From assembly GCA_000004985.1 (NCBI GenBank), contig GG738926.1: a stretch of DNA of 64,000 bases. One strand, 5' to 3'. Numbering within the stretch: the stretch's first letter is position 1; the number at the start of each line of letters is the position of its first letter. Source of the DNA: Naegleria gruberi (Eukaryota). Below, piece by piece: positions 47,978 to 59,164 of the stretch. Under the pieces are notes generated by a model. That model made no database searches, was not told where the DNA came from, and saw only the letters and a program-made list of their open reading frames with translations. The position numbers and the translations under genes were made by a program.

Positions 47978-48835
47978 TTACTTTTGTTTAAAAGACTCCC
48001 TTATTGTCTTCTCCATCTCTTTTAATCCTAGAGTAACACAAGTTGAGTTTTGGGAGCGAACTTCATCTACACAATCAAAGAGTAAGCCTACTTTTTCATT
48101 CTCTAAAAGGTTTCTATTCACTTTCTCTGCGCAGTCAGCTACTTTTCTCTGGCAAGAAATCATCAATGCCTTATAGAAATATTCCTGTGAAGAGGCTAAA
48201 CAAAACTCATTTGACATTGATATCAGATCTTGGTCCTTGTTTGCTCTAGGTTTAGATTCTAAACAGTTTAACAATCTCTTCTTCACATCAGGAATAGAGA
48301 TACCCAACATGGTTTCCAACTCTTCCTGATTGTTCACATCTTGGTAAGATCCCTTATTGGCTGCTTTCCATTCCCTCATACGATTAGAAAATTGTGGCAT
48401 AAAATCTCTGAACCTACTGCCTCTCACATTTCTAACAAAATTCTCATTTGTCCGTGTAGTTCCATCCAATATTGAGGAATCACTTTCAAAGCAATTATCA
48501 ATTTTAGCTAAAGTACTATCAATTTCATCATTTTGTACATTGAAAGAATTTCCCTGAATCAAGTTTATGTTTGTTAAACAATTTTCCTTTTCTTTTTGTC
48601 TTTCCGCTTCCATCAAGAATAAACAAGACCAATTAAATTTCATCTTGAATTCATAAGGTAAATTCTTAATACCATCATGTTTTTCCATCATTAATTTACA
48701 CTTGTTGTGATCTCCGAGTGCTCGAAGAAAGTTTCTCGTCTGAGCAATCTCAGCCTTGTACTGTTTATCGTTTTCCTTTGGTATCGACATTTTTTTAAAA
48801 TTGCTTGTTCCGAAATTATATTCCTCTTCATACAC
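47978..48835 (-). CDS. Hypothetical protein (285 aa)
   Basis: ORF only. Confidence 0.4.
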   Translation of the reverse strand: MYEEEYNFGTSNFKKMSIPKENDKQYKAEIAQTRNFLRALGDHNKCKLMMEKHDGIKNLPYEFKMKFNWSCLFLMEAERQKEKENCLTNINLIQGNSFNVQNDEIDSTLAKIDNCFESDSSILDGTTRTNENFVRNVRGSRFRDFMPQFSNRMREWKAANKGSYQDVNNQEELETMLGISIPDVKKRLLNCLESKPRANKDQDLISMSNEFCLASSQEYFYKALMISCQRKVADCAEKVNRNLLENEKVGLLFDCVDEVRSQNSTCVTLGLKEMEKTIRESFKQK

Positions 48836-48973
48836 ATACTAGACTATTAGAAAATACAAAGAAATAAATTATAGAGAGGAACTAATTTTCAAAGCCTATG
48901 CTAAACATCAAGCCATTCTTCATCTTCACAAGCAAATCATCATTATATTTTTTAAAAATAAAAATTTAAAAAA

Positions 48974-49318
48974 ATGTTGAACAGACTTGCCCGTGCCTCT
49001 CGTGGTATTCATCATCAAATTTCCACTCCTCTCATCATCAACCAAACTAGATTCTACAGTAACTCTCCATCCTATCCAAAGAATGTCATTGAACAAAAGG
49101 TCATCGAAATTCTTACTAAACACGATAATATAAAAACAACACCAACAGGTACTTCTCATTTAGTGAAAGATTTAGGTTTGGATTCTTTGGACTCTGCTGA
49201 AATTATTCATGAAGTTGAAAATGAATTTGTTCTTGAAATTAATGATGACGTTGCTTTCCAACTTCAATCTGTCCCACAAATTGTTGAATTCGTATACAAG
49301 GAAACTCATCATCATTAA
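48974..49318 (+). CDS. Mitochondrial acyl carrier protein (NDUFAB1-type)
   Basis: N-terminal presequence MLNRLARASRGIHH.... Phosphopantetheine-attachment motif DLGLDSLDSAEIIHEVENEF. Confidence 0.8.
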   Translation: MLNRLARASRGIHHQISTPLIINQTRFYSNSPSYPKNVIEQKVIEILTKHDNIKTTPTGTSHLVKDLGLDSLDSAEIIHEVENEFVLEINDDVAFQLQSVPQIVEFVYKETHHH

Positions 49319-49420
49319 ATAATTTATTAAAAGGGTGATTTAAATAATGAATTTAAACTCGGATTCTATGTTGGGACTTGAATTAGTATTAATAATCGGA
49401 TTAACCTATTGGTTGACATT

Positions 49421-50905
49421 CTATTCATCTTGTCTTATGCTAGCAATAGTCTTTTCAAATTCATCTTGCTCTCTTTGCTTTTTCTTTCTCATTTCGGTCT
49501 TGTACTTTCTTGCTCTGGATATATATTGTTCTCTACTGATTCTATCTGCTTGATGAGGGTTTGCAAAGATTCTGGCTATTGTCATTCCTGTTTGCAGTGG
49601 GATGTCTTTCATTAATTCATTACTCAACAGATTAATCTGTTTTGCATCATAGGTTACTCTTTCCTCTTGGCTCATAATCTTTTCCTTTTGTATTTTCTCT
49701 TCATTTAAAAAGTATGTCACTAAACCATCTCTAAGCTCAGCATCCCTGGCAGAAGAGATTTCCTCGTTTTGTTGAGATTGTGGTAAACTCTCTGCAGTTC
49801 CTCTGACTGTGTGTTGATCCTCTGGCAGTGATTTAAGGTATTCGTATTGTTCATAGCTCTTATTAAGATAGGATAAATCAACATTTCTTCTCCTTATTTC
49901 TCCTTTCAATCTTGCCATTTTCAATTTTTCCAAGTCAGGAAGAACTGGTTCAACGTAGTTCTTCCTTTCCTCCAGTGCATCTTTAACATACTCACTCGGT
50001 CTTAGCATATGTACGATATGTTTGTTATGAGAGTTGAGTGATGGATCAATGAATCTAAAGTCATTTTCTCTTCTTTCGTACGAGATGGATAACGTCTCCA
50101 GATCAATATTATTGTCTATATCATCAAATCCAAGTAATCTGAGAGTTGTCAAATACTCTCTTTTAATATGTGTCTCTCCTTGAGTTTTTCTCTTTGGAGC
50201 TCTTAAATAAAGTGGTCTCGTGTAAGGGTCATCAAAGTTGTTAGGTTCTGGTGAATGTGAATAAAGGAAATTTGTCCTCTGATTCAGAAAATGCTGATAG
50301 TCCTTGTCATTTTCGTCATCATCAAATGTAATGTACACTCTCTCGTTAAATTGAACTGATTTCCTTTCCTTTCCCCTGCTTTCGTCCGAGAGTGGTTCCT
50401 TAAGTATTGTTTTGTTACCTCTTTTTTGTTGTCCAAACTTTAGAGGAGAAAGTCTGTTCCCCCTTGAAGTTGGAGAATCAACAGAGTATTTGGAAGGTGA
50501 ATTATTAAATAAGGGACTTCTGGGATATTTTGGTGTAGCAACTTTTTTGAATACAGTCTTCTTTAGACCAGGATTCTTCTCGATGGTTATTGTTATGTTT
50601 TTCCTTGCATAAGGATTTCTATATACATATGTATCCTCATCCTTAGGAACATCAATTTTCAATTCCTTTGGAATTTTTGGTGGAGGTTGATGCTGCTCGG
50701 TAGAGGAATTTGTTGGATCAATGTTGACATTAAGAAACATCGACTTCCTTGGAGTCAATGTATCCCTTTTGGGTTCATCAAACATCCAATTTCTCTTCGT
50801 TGCTGTGCTGGAGTGGGCCAATCTCGGTGCAGTCTTTAAATCTGAATCTGCTGTTGAAGCCCTGGCCTGGCTTGTTTTTAAATATGGTCTTCTCTTACTG
50901 GTCAT
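49421..50905 (-). CDS. Hypothetical basic, Pro/Lys-rich protein (494 aa)
   Basis: ORF only. Low-complexity N-terminal half, more structured C-terminal half. Confidence 0.4.
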   Translation of the reverse strand: MTSKRRPYLKTSQARASTADSDLKTAPRLAHSSTATKRNWMFDEPKRDTLTPRKSMFLNVNIDPTNSSTEQHQPPPKIPKELKIDVPKDEDTYVYRNPYARKNITITIEKNPGLKKTVFKKVATPKYPRSPLFNNSPSKYSVDSPTSRGNRLSPLKFGQQKRGNKTILKEPLSDESRGKERKSVQFNERVYITFDDDENDKDYQHFLNQRTNFLYSHSPEPNNFDDPYTRPLYLRAPKRKTQGETHIKREYLTTLRLLGFDDIDNNIDLETLSISYERRENDFRFIDPSLNSHNKHIVHMLRPSEYVKDALEERKNYVEPVLPDLEKLKMARLKGEIRRRNVDLSYLNKSYEQYEYLKSLPEDQHTVRGTAESLPQSQQNEEISSARDAELRDGLVTYFLNEEKIQKEKIMSQEERVTYDAKQINLLSNELMKDIPLQTGMTIARIFANPHQADRISREQYISRARKYKTEMRKKKQREQDEFEKTIASIRQDE

Positions 50906-51148
50906 ATGGATTGTATCATTTCAATTTAATGATGAACGATAAAACCCGAAACAAAACTGGGGGTTTTAGAGTGATGAAGTTTTCATGCAGCACTTGTTGT
51001 TGCTTCTCAGAGTTCCAGCAACGGTAATTTTTTTAAGGTTTTCTTCAGTACATTTTTGTGATTTTGATTTTGAGCGCCAAAATTTTGTACAAAAAAAACT
51101 GTGATATTGCCTTAACGATTTTGGAGGCAAATTTATTGTTGTAGTATC

Positions 51149-52168
51149 ATGAGAAATAGGAAAGAAAATATGTTGAAGAGCAATACAATAACAACAACTC
51201 TTAATAATTTTAATAATTCTAAGAATACAACAAGGGAAGAGGAAAACCTTCAATTCAATTTTCCAACTTTTCCGAAGGGATTTGATGAGTCACAGCTATC
51301 ACTCTATCATTCTCTTTTATTAAAACAATGTACAAAATGTGATCATAGAAACGAGCATGCTAACAATACAACTAGTAAACCAGAGATTCCAACAAGAAGC
51401 ACAATACAAAATGATTGTATTAAAACAATCCCTAGAGTTAACCCTTTATCGAGTGGAGTGAGTTTCCGATCACTACCAAAAGCAACCTGTGATGATATCA
51501 TCAAAGTGTGTAACTTTTACGTAGAGAAGTGTGAGGGAAAATACAGTGAAAAAACTAGAGCCTACAGAATGATGGTGGAAATGGCGAATGAAATTATTAA
51601 ATTAACAAACATTATACAAAGGGATTTCGAAGTGGAATATAGCAAACAACGAGAGCAGAATGTTCACTTGAATAAGGTTTGTGAGGAGTGGAATAATTAT
51701 TTTGGAAAAACAGTAGATGATAAATATTCAAAACTGAGCCCACGAGATATTCGATTAATAATTGATAAACTGGAAATGGATGTGAAGAAATATGAGGATA
51801 CATTGAATGAGGAGCGATTAAGACACTACGAACAAGAACGAAAATTACACTTGATGATCAATGAGCATCACGAGGCCAGCAGGAAGAGCATTAGAAACAT
51901 GATGAAACAAACATCAGCACCAACTTTTCAAAAGAGTCCAACACCTCTCTATCAACCAAATTTCGAACAGACCTCCCTCGTTGAAACTCTTCTAGAAGAA
52001 AACAGACAATTGAAAAAACAAGTTCAAGAACTGACAGGCAGTACCTCCAAATATCGAACAAGCCACCACAACATGACCTCATCCTCCACCCTTCAAGATT
52101 CAATCAGCAGTAATAGTAGCTCTTCCCAAAGTACCTCCTCCATCAAATACAACACCCTATTCCAATAA
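51149..52168 (+). CDS. Hypothetical protein with predicted coiled-coil middle (339 aa)
   Basis: ORF only. Confidence 0.35.
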   Translation: MRNRKENMLKSNTITTTLNNFNNSKNTTREEENLQFNFPTFPKGFDESQLSLYHSLLLKQCTKCDHRNEHANNTTSKPEIPTRSTIQNDCIKTIPRVNPLSSGVSFRSLPKATCDDIIKVCNFYVEKCEGKYSEKTRAYRMMVEMANEIIKLTNIIQRDFEVEYSKQREQNVHLNKVCEEWNNYFGKTVDDKYSKLSPRDIRLIIDKLEMDVKKYEDTLNEERLRHYEQERKLHLMINEHHEASRKSIRNMMKQTSAPTFQKSPTPLYQPNFEQTSLVETLLEENRQLKKQVQELTGSTSKYRTSHHNMTSSSTLQDSISSNSSSSQSTSSIKYNTLFQ

Positions 52169-52371
52169 TAAAGCACTCAAAGAGATACTCGTTTCATAAT
52201 ACATCATACTACTGTCGTAAAAAACTCTCGATCTTGAAGAGAGAAGTAATCCATTACATAGGATATCTTGGTAAATAAACAGTAAGTTTGTTTGCTCAAT
52301 ATCATAAATCGGGTGATGAATCCTTTTAAAAAAATCAACGGTAACTTTTAAAAAATAGTGCACACCACATC

Positions 52372-54066
52372 TTGCATTATCACACAAACAAAATGGCAGA
52401 CCTTGAGGATCTACATCACCATCAGAATGGTGTTATTGTTGGACCAACCATTGGTGATGTTATTTCTAATGGAGATGATGATGATAACCTGGATGAGATT
52501 GAATTAAATTATCAATCTTCTCTCACTCTGGATAACAAGGAGAGTGTACTTCATGAAGCTCATTCCGAACCATCTTCTAACGTTGATGAAAAGGAAGTTG
52601 AAGAACATCATCATTTGAATAATAATAATAATTATCAAGATGAAATTGTTCCACCTCCTTCCGAACAGAGAGCCATCTTTACAAGCAGCTCAACGAGTGA
52701 TATTCGTTCTAGGAGTGATTCAATTACGAGCCAATCCACTCATTCATCAAATTCAGAGACATCGTCATCCCTTTCTATAGGGGCTATTCATCAGACAAAT
52801 AATTTATCTTCATCATCATCGTCTTCAGTAGAACCAAAAAGATCAAGCCTAAGAACACCTGAGAATGGTGATATTACCATTGATATGATTCAACAAAATA
52901 TTAAATTACAAAAACAATTAATTGAACAATCTATGAAAGAAAAGGAAAGGAAAAGGAAAGAAAAAGCAAAAGAACAATTAATTCAATCAAATTTAGATTA
53001 TTGGCATAATACAATACTACCACATATTGAAAAATATGGTTGCATTGATAAAACCATGTATAAGAAGTGGTATAAGAATGGTATTCCAAGTCCTTTGAGA
53101 AGTAAAATGTGGGTGGCTTCTCTAGGAAATGAGTTACAAATTACTCCTGGTCTATATGAAATTCTGAAAGATAAGACAAATCAACCTTCAACTATGGAAA
53201 GACAATGTTCAAGTATTGATCTAATTTCTGTGGATTTATCAAGAACTTTCCCTGCTCTCCAATTTTTCCAATATCCTGATGGTCCATACTATCAACCATT
53301 TAAAACAATTTTGGAATGTTATTCAAAGTTTAGACCAGATATTGGCTACGTACAAGGAATGAGTTATATGGTAGCAACATTATTACTTTATATGGATGAA
53401 TATGATGCATTTGTTTGTTTTTGTAACTTGTTACATAGATCAAAATGTAATTCTAACCCTCTAGCTATGAGTTTAGTTGGAACACCAGCAGGATCTGCTT
53501 CATCTTCTGCCACTACATCTTCTGCTTCTGCTGCATCAGTGGTGTCTTCAATTTTGTTTGGACCAAAGAAGAGAACTGCAGAATTCACTTCCAATTATCA
53601 TACACTCTATACCAGCAATCATTTCATTCCATTTTTTACTATGAACACTGATTATATTGATAAGAATGTGAAATTTGTACGAATACTATTAAGAGAACAT
53701 CACGCACAACTTTACAAGCACTTGGTTGTGGATTTGGGAGTTGAATTTGCAGTAATTATAATAGACTGGTTCCTTACATTGTTTAGTAAATCTCTTCCAC
53801 TTGATGTGGTTGCAAGAATTTGGGATGGTTATCTAGTTCATGGTAGACTTTACATGTATTCTTGCACAATGGGAATATTGATCTATTACCAAAAGGAATT
53901 ACTTTCTGCTGACTATGAACGAGTTATGTATTTCTTAACTCATTTATCTACAGCCACCAATCAATTCGAAACATTGGATGTGGAAGAAATGTTTTCAATT
54001 ATAAATACAGATTGTAGATTAAGTGAGAGACGTATCAATAAGTATATTAGAATGATGGAAAAATAA
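52372..54066 (+). CDS. TBC-domain Rab GTPase-activating protein
   Basis: Arg-finger IxxDxxR (ISVDLSRTFP) and Gln-finger YxQ (GYVQGMSYM) motifs. DWFLTLFSKSLPLDVVARIWD. Acidic/Ser-rich N-terminus. Confidence 0.8.
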   Translation: MHYHTNKMADLEDLHHHQNGVIVGPTIGDVISNGDDDDNLDEIELNYQSSLTLDNKESVLHEAHSEPSSNVDEKEVEEHHHLNNNNNYQDEIVPPPSEQRAIFTSSSTSDIRSRSDSITSQSTHSSNSETSSSLSIGAIHQTNNLSSSSSSSVEPKRSSLRTPENGDITIDMIQQNIKLQKQLIEQSMKEKERKRKEKAKEQLIQSNLDYWHNTILPHIEKYGCIDKTMYKKWYKNGIPSPLRSKMWVASLGNELQITPGLYEILKDKTNQPSTMERQCSSIDLISVDLSRTFPALQFFQYPDGPYYQPFKTILECYSKFRPDIGYVQGMSYMVATLLLYMDEYDAFVCFCNLLHRSKCNSNPLAMSLVGTPAGSASSSATTSSASAASVVSSILFGPKKRTAEFTSNYHTLYTSNHFIPFFTMNTDYIDKNVKFVRILLREHHAQLYKHLVVDLGVEFAVIIIDWFLTLFSKSLPLDVVARIWDGYLVHGRLYMYSCTMGILIYYQKELLSADYERVMYFLTHLSTATNQFETLDVEEMFSIINTDCRLSERRINKYIRMMEK

Positions 54067-54355
54067 ACAGCCCTACAATCTATTCGCACCCAAAGCAAGG
54101 ATTAGGAAACGATTCTTTTTGGCTTGCTTTTCTCGTCGCACATGTTTTTTGTTTCACACTAATTTTTTGTTTTAGCTCATTTCTTGCTTTAGTATCTTTA
54201 TGAGGTGTGTAGTTTGTAGTGTTCCACCATTTCTGGCACAATTTTGAAAATTTAATTATTTCTTTCACTCCGATCAACCAACAGTTGTGAGATTCACCTT
54301 TCAATCATATGATTTTTAATTGTGATAATTTATTTTTCCATGATGATGAAATAAT

Positions 54356-54844
54356 TTAAAACATGAAAGTAGCAACAATGGCAGCAAGAGCAAACAAGAC
54401 CCAATTGACCTTTCCACTCAATGGAGCACTATTCCAACAATTAGTTTCAGGATAGGATGAACAATCTTTGAAATTAGTAGAAGATGTTCCACAAGCATCC
54501 TTAACCTTTTGACAATATGAACGACAAACAGTAATTGAACCAGAAGAGCTGGCATATTTAGCATTATTTACATCACAAACAGCACATGAATACATTTTCA
54601 TATACATGACACATGACTCTGAAGCTTTGAGAAGTGTGAGAGCACTAACAACGATAGAAGCTGCTGTATCTTGAATTACACTACAACATGATTTAGTTAC
54701 ACCTGTACAAGTGGTGCATGAGGAACATGGACTTGGATCAAAGGCAACAATTGCATTCTTGCAGGTTTGAGCTGTGACAGATGTGGTAGAGACACAGAGA
54801 ATGAGAGAAATGAGGAGAATTACAAGAATTGATTTGTTTAACAT
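54356..54844 (-). CDS. Small secreted Cys-rich GPI-anchor-like protein; paralog of 8901..9353 (ponticulin-like class)
   Basis: Signal peptide. AQTCK start of the mature chain. CSSCTTCTG and SSYPETNCWN motifs. C-terminal hydrophobic tail. Confidence 0.55.
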   Translation of the reverse strand: MLNKSILVILLISLILCVSTTSVTAQTCKNAIVAFDPSPCSSCTTCTGVTKSCCSVIQDTAASIVVSALTLLKASESCVMYMKMYSCAVCDVNNAKYASSSGSITVCRSYCQKVKDACGTSSTNFKDCSSYPETNCWNSAPLSGKVNWVLFALAAIVATFMF

Positions 54845-55520
54845 TTTTTTGGGATTTGTTTTTATCGGTTGAGATGGCTCTCTAATTTATTCTCCATGAT
54901 GAATATTGGCACATGACATGTTTGGATAACATGAAGGGTTGAAAGGTAAAATGCTCATTGTAAATGTGAAGATCTTCTGAAAAGATGCGTAACGTTTGAT
55001 GGACAACATAGCGACGAGGTTGAGCTTTTTACTAGCTGATTAACTGTAGATGTTTGAGATGCACTTTCTAAACGAATGCCATGGACTGCATTGACTTGTT
55101 GTCCATTGTAAGATTGAGAGAATTTATTGTAATACTACAGTTAAGATTCGGATAAAGACCAGTGACTTACTGTAATGTTACAATCAAACTCTTCAATTTT
55201 GTGTACAATTTTGGAAATAATATAATGTGCTTTTCACTTTCATTTGTCATGTGGTCATCCTCATTCTTCTGTATGGTCTTTGACATTGAAATCTCAAACA
55301 TACTCATTATCTCCAGCTGTTAAAATCACTTTTTATCAAGTAATCCTAATTCAATACAGGAAACAACTGGTGTTCTGGTTAGATGTTTGGGGAAGACTCA
55401 GAAGTGGTCGCTCACAAGTGTTGGATATTGAATTAATTGTTTTATTACATTATAGATTCTAACCAAAAGTTACAAGAATTTTTTTCAAACAATTTTACAC
55501 ATGCTGTACCAATGATCACT

Positions 55521-55790
55521 TTTCTCAGCAATCACACTGCAATTAAAACACATCACTTTGAGGAGAAGCTGCAGGCTAGGGTCATGGAAGGTGATTGCTG
55601 TAAAAAACCCGGAAGTGATCTCTGCAGTTTTGTTTTTTGGCTATTTTTTCAAAATTTGATGTGGAATTCCACAGTGCATATGAAACATATCATGTGTGAA
55701 TTGAATGATGGATTTTATCTATCATGTTCTTACTCCAAACAATCTAAACCTGAAACTTTCCAATACTTAATGTGAAATGAATTGAGATTT
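55521..55790 (+). pseudogene. Chimeric duplicated fragment: about 130 bp matching 21540..21665 (reverse strand) fused to about 140 bp matching 20560..20700 (reverse strand). Truncated ORF. Lies 50 bp upstream of tRNA-Arg.
   Basis: Direct comparison: ...EEKLQARVMEGDCCKKPGSDLCSFVF... and ...VHMKHIMCELNDGFYLSCSYSKQSKPETFQYLM versus the 19981..21632 locus. DNA identity is roughly 90% by eye. Confidence 0.6.
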
Positions 55791-55839
55791 AACAAAATTC
55801 GCGAATATTACTTGGTGCTAGTATACATTATAATGTAAA

Positions 55840-55913
55840 GCCGTCATAGCTCAGTTGGATAGAGCACAGGACTTCTAATCCTGGGGTCGTGGGTTCGAGC
55901 CCCATTGTCGGTA
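55840..55913 (+). tRNA. tRNA-Arg (anticodon TCT); one T-T mismatch in the acceptor stem
   Basis: Hand-folded. Acceptor GCCGTCA/TGTCGGT. D-arm GCTC-AGTTGGATA-GAGC. Anticodon stem CAGGA/TCCTG with loop CTTCTAA. T-arm GTGGG-TTCGAGC-CCCAT. Confidence 0.75.
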
Positions 55914-56059
55914 TCTGATTTTATTCTTAAAGTAAACATTTTTGAATTTATTGCTAAGATGATTAGAGTGACCAATGGTTGTGTGAAAGATCAATTTTGT
56001 GTTAGCCAAATCAATATGATAATAGCTATTTAACCTATTTTAATTTTCAGTTTAAAGTA

Positions 56060-58744
56060 TTATTCATCACTACTATAGCTACTATCACTAGTATCACTAT
56101 CAGATGAGTAGCTCGATTCCAATGTTTCTATTTTTCTAATAACTCTCTGAGCTTGAATTTTAACAGAGATAGGGAACTGATCTAGATGTCTCAGAATAAA
56201 TAAAACATTTGTAAAATCATGATCTTCAACATCCAGTGAATCGGTATCAAACAAGTATTCTACAAACTCAAAAATACAGCCAAAGATGAGAAATTGCTTT
56301 TCCTTTGGAACTGTAGCTTTGAAGGGATAGACTAAAAGGTTTGGCAGAAAGTCATATAGACTAATTGCAAAGCTACGATTTCTTGTTAATAATAATATAG
56401 CAATCAATACCTCCTCGAATAGGTCAATGTTTGATAATTTCATCAATGCCAAATGAGCAGTTTCAAAATGTTCATCAGTTACATGAGAGAGTAATTGCTC
56501 TCCTCCATTTTGTACAATTTCATTGAGAATGATTGAACTCAAAGCCGAAGCGGAAAGCTGTAAACTCTGAACAATACTTGGAAATGATGGGATAATGAGT
56601 GATAAATGGGTGAGCAGGGCTTCTGATGGAATGGATGCCTCAATAAGTTCGTTAAACAAGTAATCATAGAGAAAATCCTTCTTTTCTTCTGATTGAATTT
56701 CATTCACATCAAATGGACAATGAATCAATAATCCCTTCTCGTAAAGATTTTCAATTAGGACAGCTAATGATCCAATATCAGCTAGTGTATTGCTCATAGC
56801 AGTATCTACTTTCTTTTTTGAAATTACAATTCTAATGAACTTGGTAAGGAATGGATAAAAATCAAACTGTTCAAAAACTCTCGACAATGCGTTTAGATCT
56901 GTTTCTTTGATTATTTTGGCCATGGCTTTGGTGGTTGATAATATTAATTCGTCATTTAGCTTAAACTCATCTTTCTCAAATATTTCCTCAGTCTTTTTCT
57001 TAATAACCAAAAGAATCTTTTCAAATTTAATATTATCATTAATAAATCCAAATAATGTCTCAATCATGTCAAAGCATTCTATAACATTTTCTTTGTGTGT
57101 TTCTAATTTTTCTTCATCACTTAAATCTTGCATATCTTTCAAGTATTCGATTGTGTCGCTCATTATTATGGTTTCAAACAGATTGCTGATAAGCTGTCTA
57201 AATCTCTCCAACATTGAACCGTTCATATTATTGACATCAAAGCAGCAACTAACATTTTCCAGCATTTCACAATATTCCTTGATATTTGTGATATTGGCTT
57301 GGCCAGCATTGATTATTGTTCCCAGTAAATCATCAGAGCACTTCTCTTTTTCGAGGAAGTAACGGGCAATAGTCCTATTAGCAGAACTTCTGATGATTCT
57401 ATTGCTAGAGAATAAAGAATTTTTCCATATTTCTAAAATGCAAGAAATCATCTGTTTAAACTCTTCTGGTATTTCTTCCAACTTGTCCACATCAAGGCAT
57501 ACAGCAGGTAATGAAATGATATTAGCTGACTCTCTCAAAAGTCCTTCGTATTGTGTTTTAATTTCGTTTCTCTTCAAGTTTTCAATTATTAAATCTTTAA
57601 ATTGTAGAAGTACTGAAACACGTAAGAGAATATCATGCCTAATTATCAGTTCATCCTGGTCTTCGTACTCCTTTTCCATCAATACAAATCCAAGAGTGTT
57701 CATTATTTTGCCTTTAACAATGTACACATGATCTCCAAAGTTTTCAGATTGTTCGTTCGTAATATTCGAAGCTTCCATATCCTTAACTTCTTCGTAATCT
57801 TTCTTCATTAAGGAAAACAAATGACTCCACCTTGTGTCGTCAGTATTTGCTAGTTTTGCAAGAGTTAACATTTTCGTTGCATCTACTTTTAAATCCTCTG
57901 TATCATCCTCCAAGCTTAGCCCAGTAAGTTTATAAATTAATTCAATGTAAATTGGAATACAGTTTAAAATTTTTGATCTTAATTCATCCAATTCATCGAT
58001 TTCAATTGAAAAGATATCTTTAAGGAATGGAGGCCAAAACGAAATATTAGAACCCATTAAAGGTTGGTTCTCTTGTTTCCAATTTTGGTCATTGTTTTCC
58101 TTCAAATACTTGACCTTCTTTTCCTTCATATATTTCAACGTAGTCAGCATTACAAAACATGAATTGTAATATTTTTCCATATCCGAAATAGGTAAATATC
58201 GATAACTGAAAATGTCAACTTGTAATTTAGTATATAAATGTAAAACAATTTTCTGCCAAGCCTCCAAAATTCCAATTCCAGTTTCGAATTGTCTCACCTG
58301 TCCATTATATGCCTCCTTTTTCAATTTCTTGGCACAATCAAACACTTCCTTCAATACATTCTCTTCAACATAATAAAGAAATGGAACAAAAGCCTCTGAT
58401 CTAATTCTTGTCATTGTCTCACGTGAAACTATAAAGTAATGATAAATCATCAGCATGGTCTTGATACAAATTACATCTTCGTCATCATGATCCCGCTCAT
58501 CAAATACAAATAATTTAGAACCAGTATAATATGATAAATCATCATCAAAATCAAAATGACTTGACAATATTTTGTTAGTTTCTTTATGACGGTCTTTCCA
58601 GAAAATGGAAACTAGTGAATAATTAGTTCGGACAATCATCTTTACTTCATCAAAATTTCTACGTAAATCATTCAAAGAGTCAAGTTTTCTACATTCCGAC
58701 ATGTAGTCCTCTTGAATGAACGGAAAAATTCCATCTTTAATCAT
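56060..58744 (-). CDS. Large hypothetical protein (894 aa), probably helical-repeat, with an acidic Ser-rich C-terminus
   Basis: Uninterrupted ORF with ordinary composition. No motif I can name. Confidence 0.45.
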   Translation of the reverse strand: MIKDGIFPFIQEDYMSECRKLDSLNDLRRNFDEVKMIVRTNYSLVSIFWKDRHKETNKILSSHFDFDDDLSYYTGSKLFVFDERDHDDEDVICIKTMLMIYHYFIVSRETMTRIRSEAFVPFLYYVEENVLKEVFDCAKKLKKEAYNGQVRQFETGIGILEAWQKIVLHLYTKLQVDIFSYRYLPISDMEKYYNSCFVMLTTLKYMKEKKVKYLKENNDQNWKQENQPLMGSNISFWPPFLKDIFSIEIDELDELRSKILNCIPIYIELIYKLTGLSLEDDTEDLKVDATKMLTLAKLANTDDTRWSHLFSLMKKDYEEVKDMEASNITNEQSENFGDHVYIVKGKIMNTLGFVLMEKEYEDQDELIIRHDILLRVSVLLQFKDLIIENLKRNEIKTQYEGLLRESANIISLPAVCLDVDKLEEIPEEFKQMISCILEIWKNSLFSSNRIIRSSANRTIARYFLEKEKCSDDLLGTIINAGQANITNIKEYCEMLENVSCCFDVNNMNGSMLERFRQLISNLFETIIMSDTIEYLKDMQDLSDEEKLETHKENVIECFDMIETLFGFINDNIKFEKILLVIKKKTEEIFEKDEFKLNDELILSTTKAMAKIIKETDLNALSRVFEQFDFYPFLTKFIRIVISKKKVDTAMSNTLADIGSLAVLIENLYEKGLLIHCPFDVNEIQSEEKKDFLYDYLFNELIEASIPSEALLTHLSLIIPSFPSIVQSLQLSASALSSIILNEIVQNGGEQLLSHVTDEHFETAHLALMKLSNIDLFEEVLIAILLLTRNRSFAISLYDFLPNLLVYPFKATVPKEKQFLIFGCIFEFVEYLFDTDSLDVEDHDFTNVLFILRHLDQFPISVKIQAQRVIRKIETLESSYSSDSDTSDSSYSSDE

Positions 58745-59164
58745 TTTTTTTTAATTATGACAAAAACTTGATCAAAACTTTCCCAATGGCATGCTATTCT
58801 TTTAATATGAATTAAAAAAATGGCGCAAACTACTGCCAATGAGTTACTGGAGGAAATCATGCATTTCATGAAGCAGCAGTTGGAGAAGGCTGTTACAAAT
58901 TCTGATGTTTCGATCCTTAACAAAATCTTACCAAGTGATCTGTGTGCTTATCTGGTGCCGGATAAAAGCAAAAAAAATAAGAAAGAAAAACTAGCTGATA
59001 TTTGCCTGCAACTAGGAATCAAAGAAGATGGAGATGGTGCATATGAATATTATGAAGAAGATGAAGATGGAGATGGTGCATAGAAGATAGAATGATACTG
59101 ATCCTTCACTCGTATAACTGATGAATTTTCATCGATTCTTAAACTGGATGAATCTCCATATTTT

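Noticed and set aside
58820-59083. 87-aa acidic ORF ending EDGDGAYEYYEEDEDGDGA
   Set aside because: It is short, has no motif, and lies in the divergent promoter region of the 56060..58744 gene. It cannot be supported as a gene from sequence alone.
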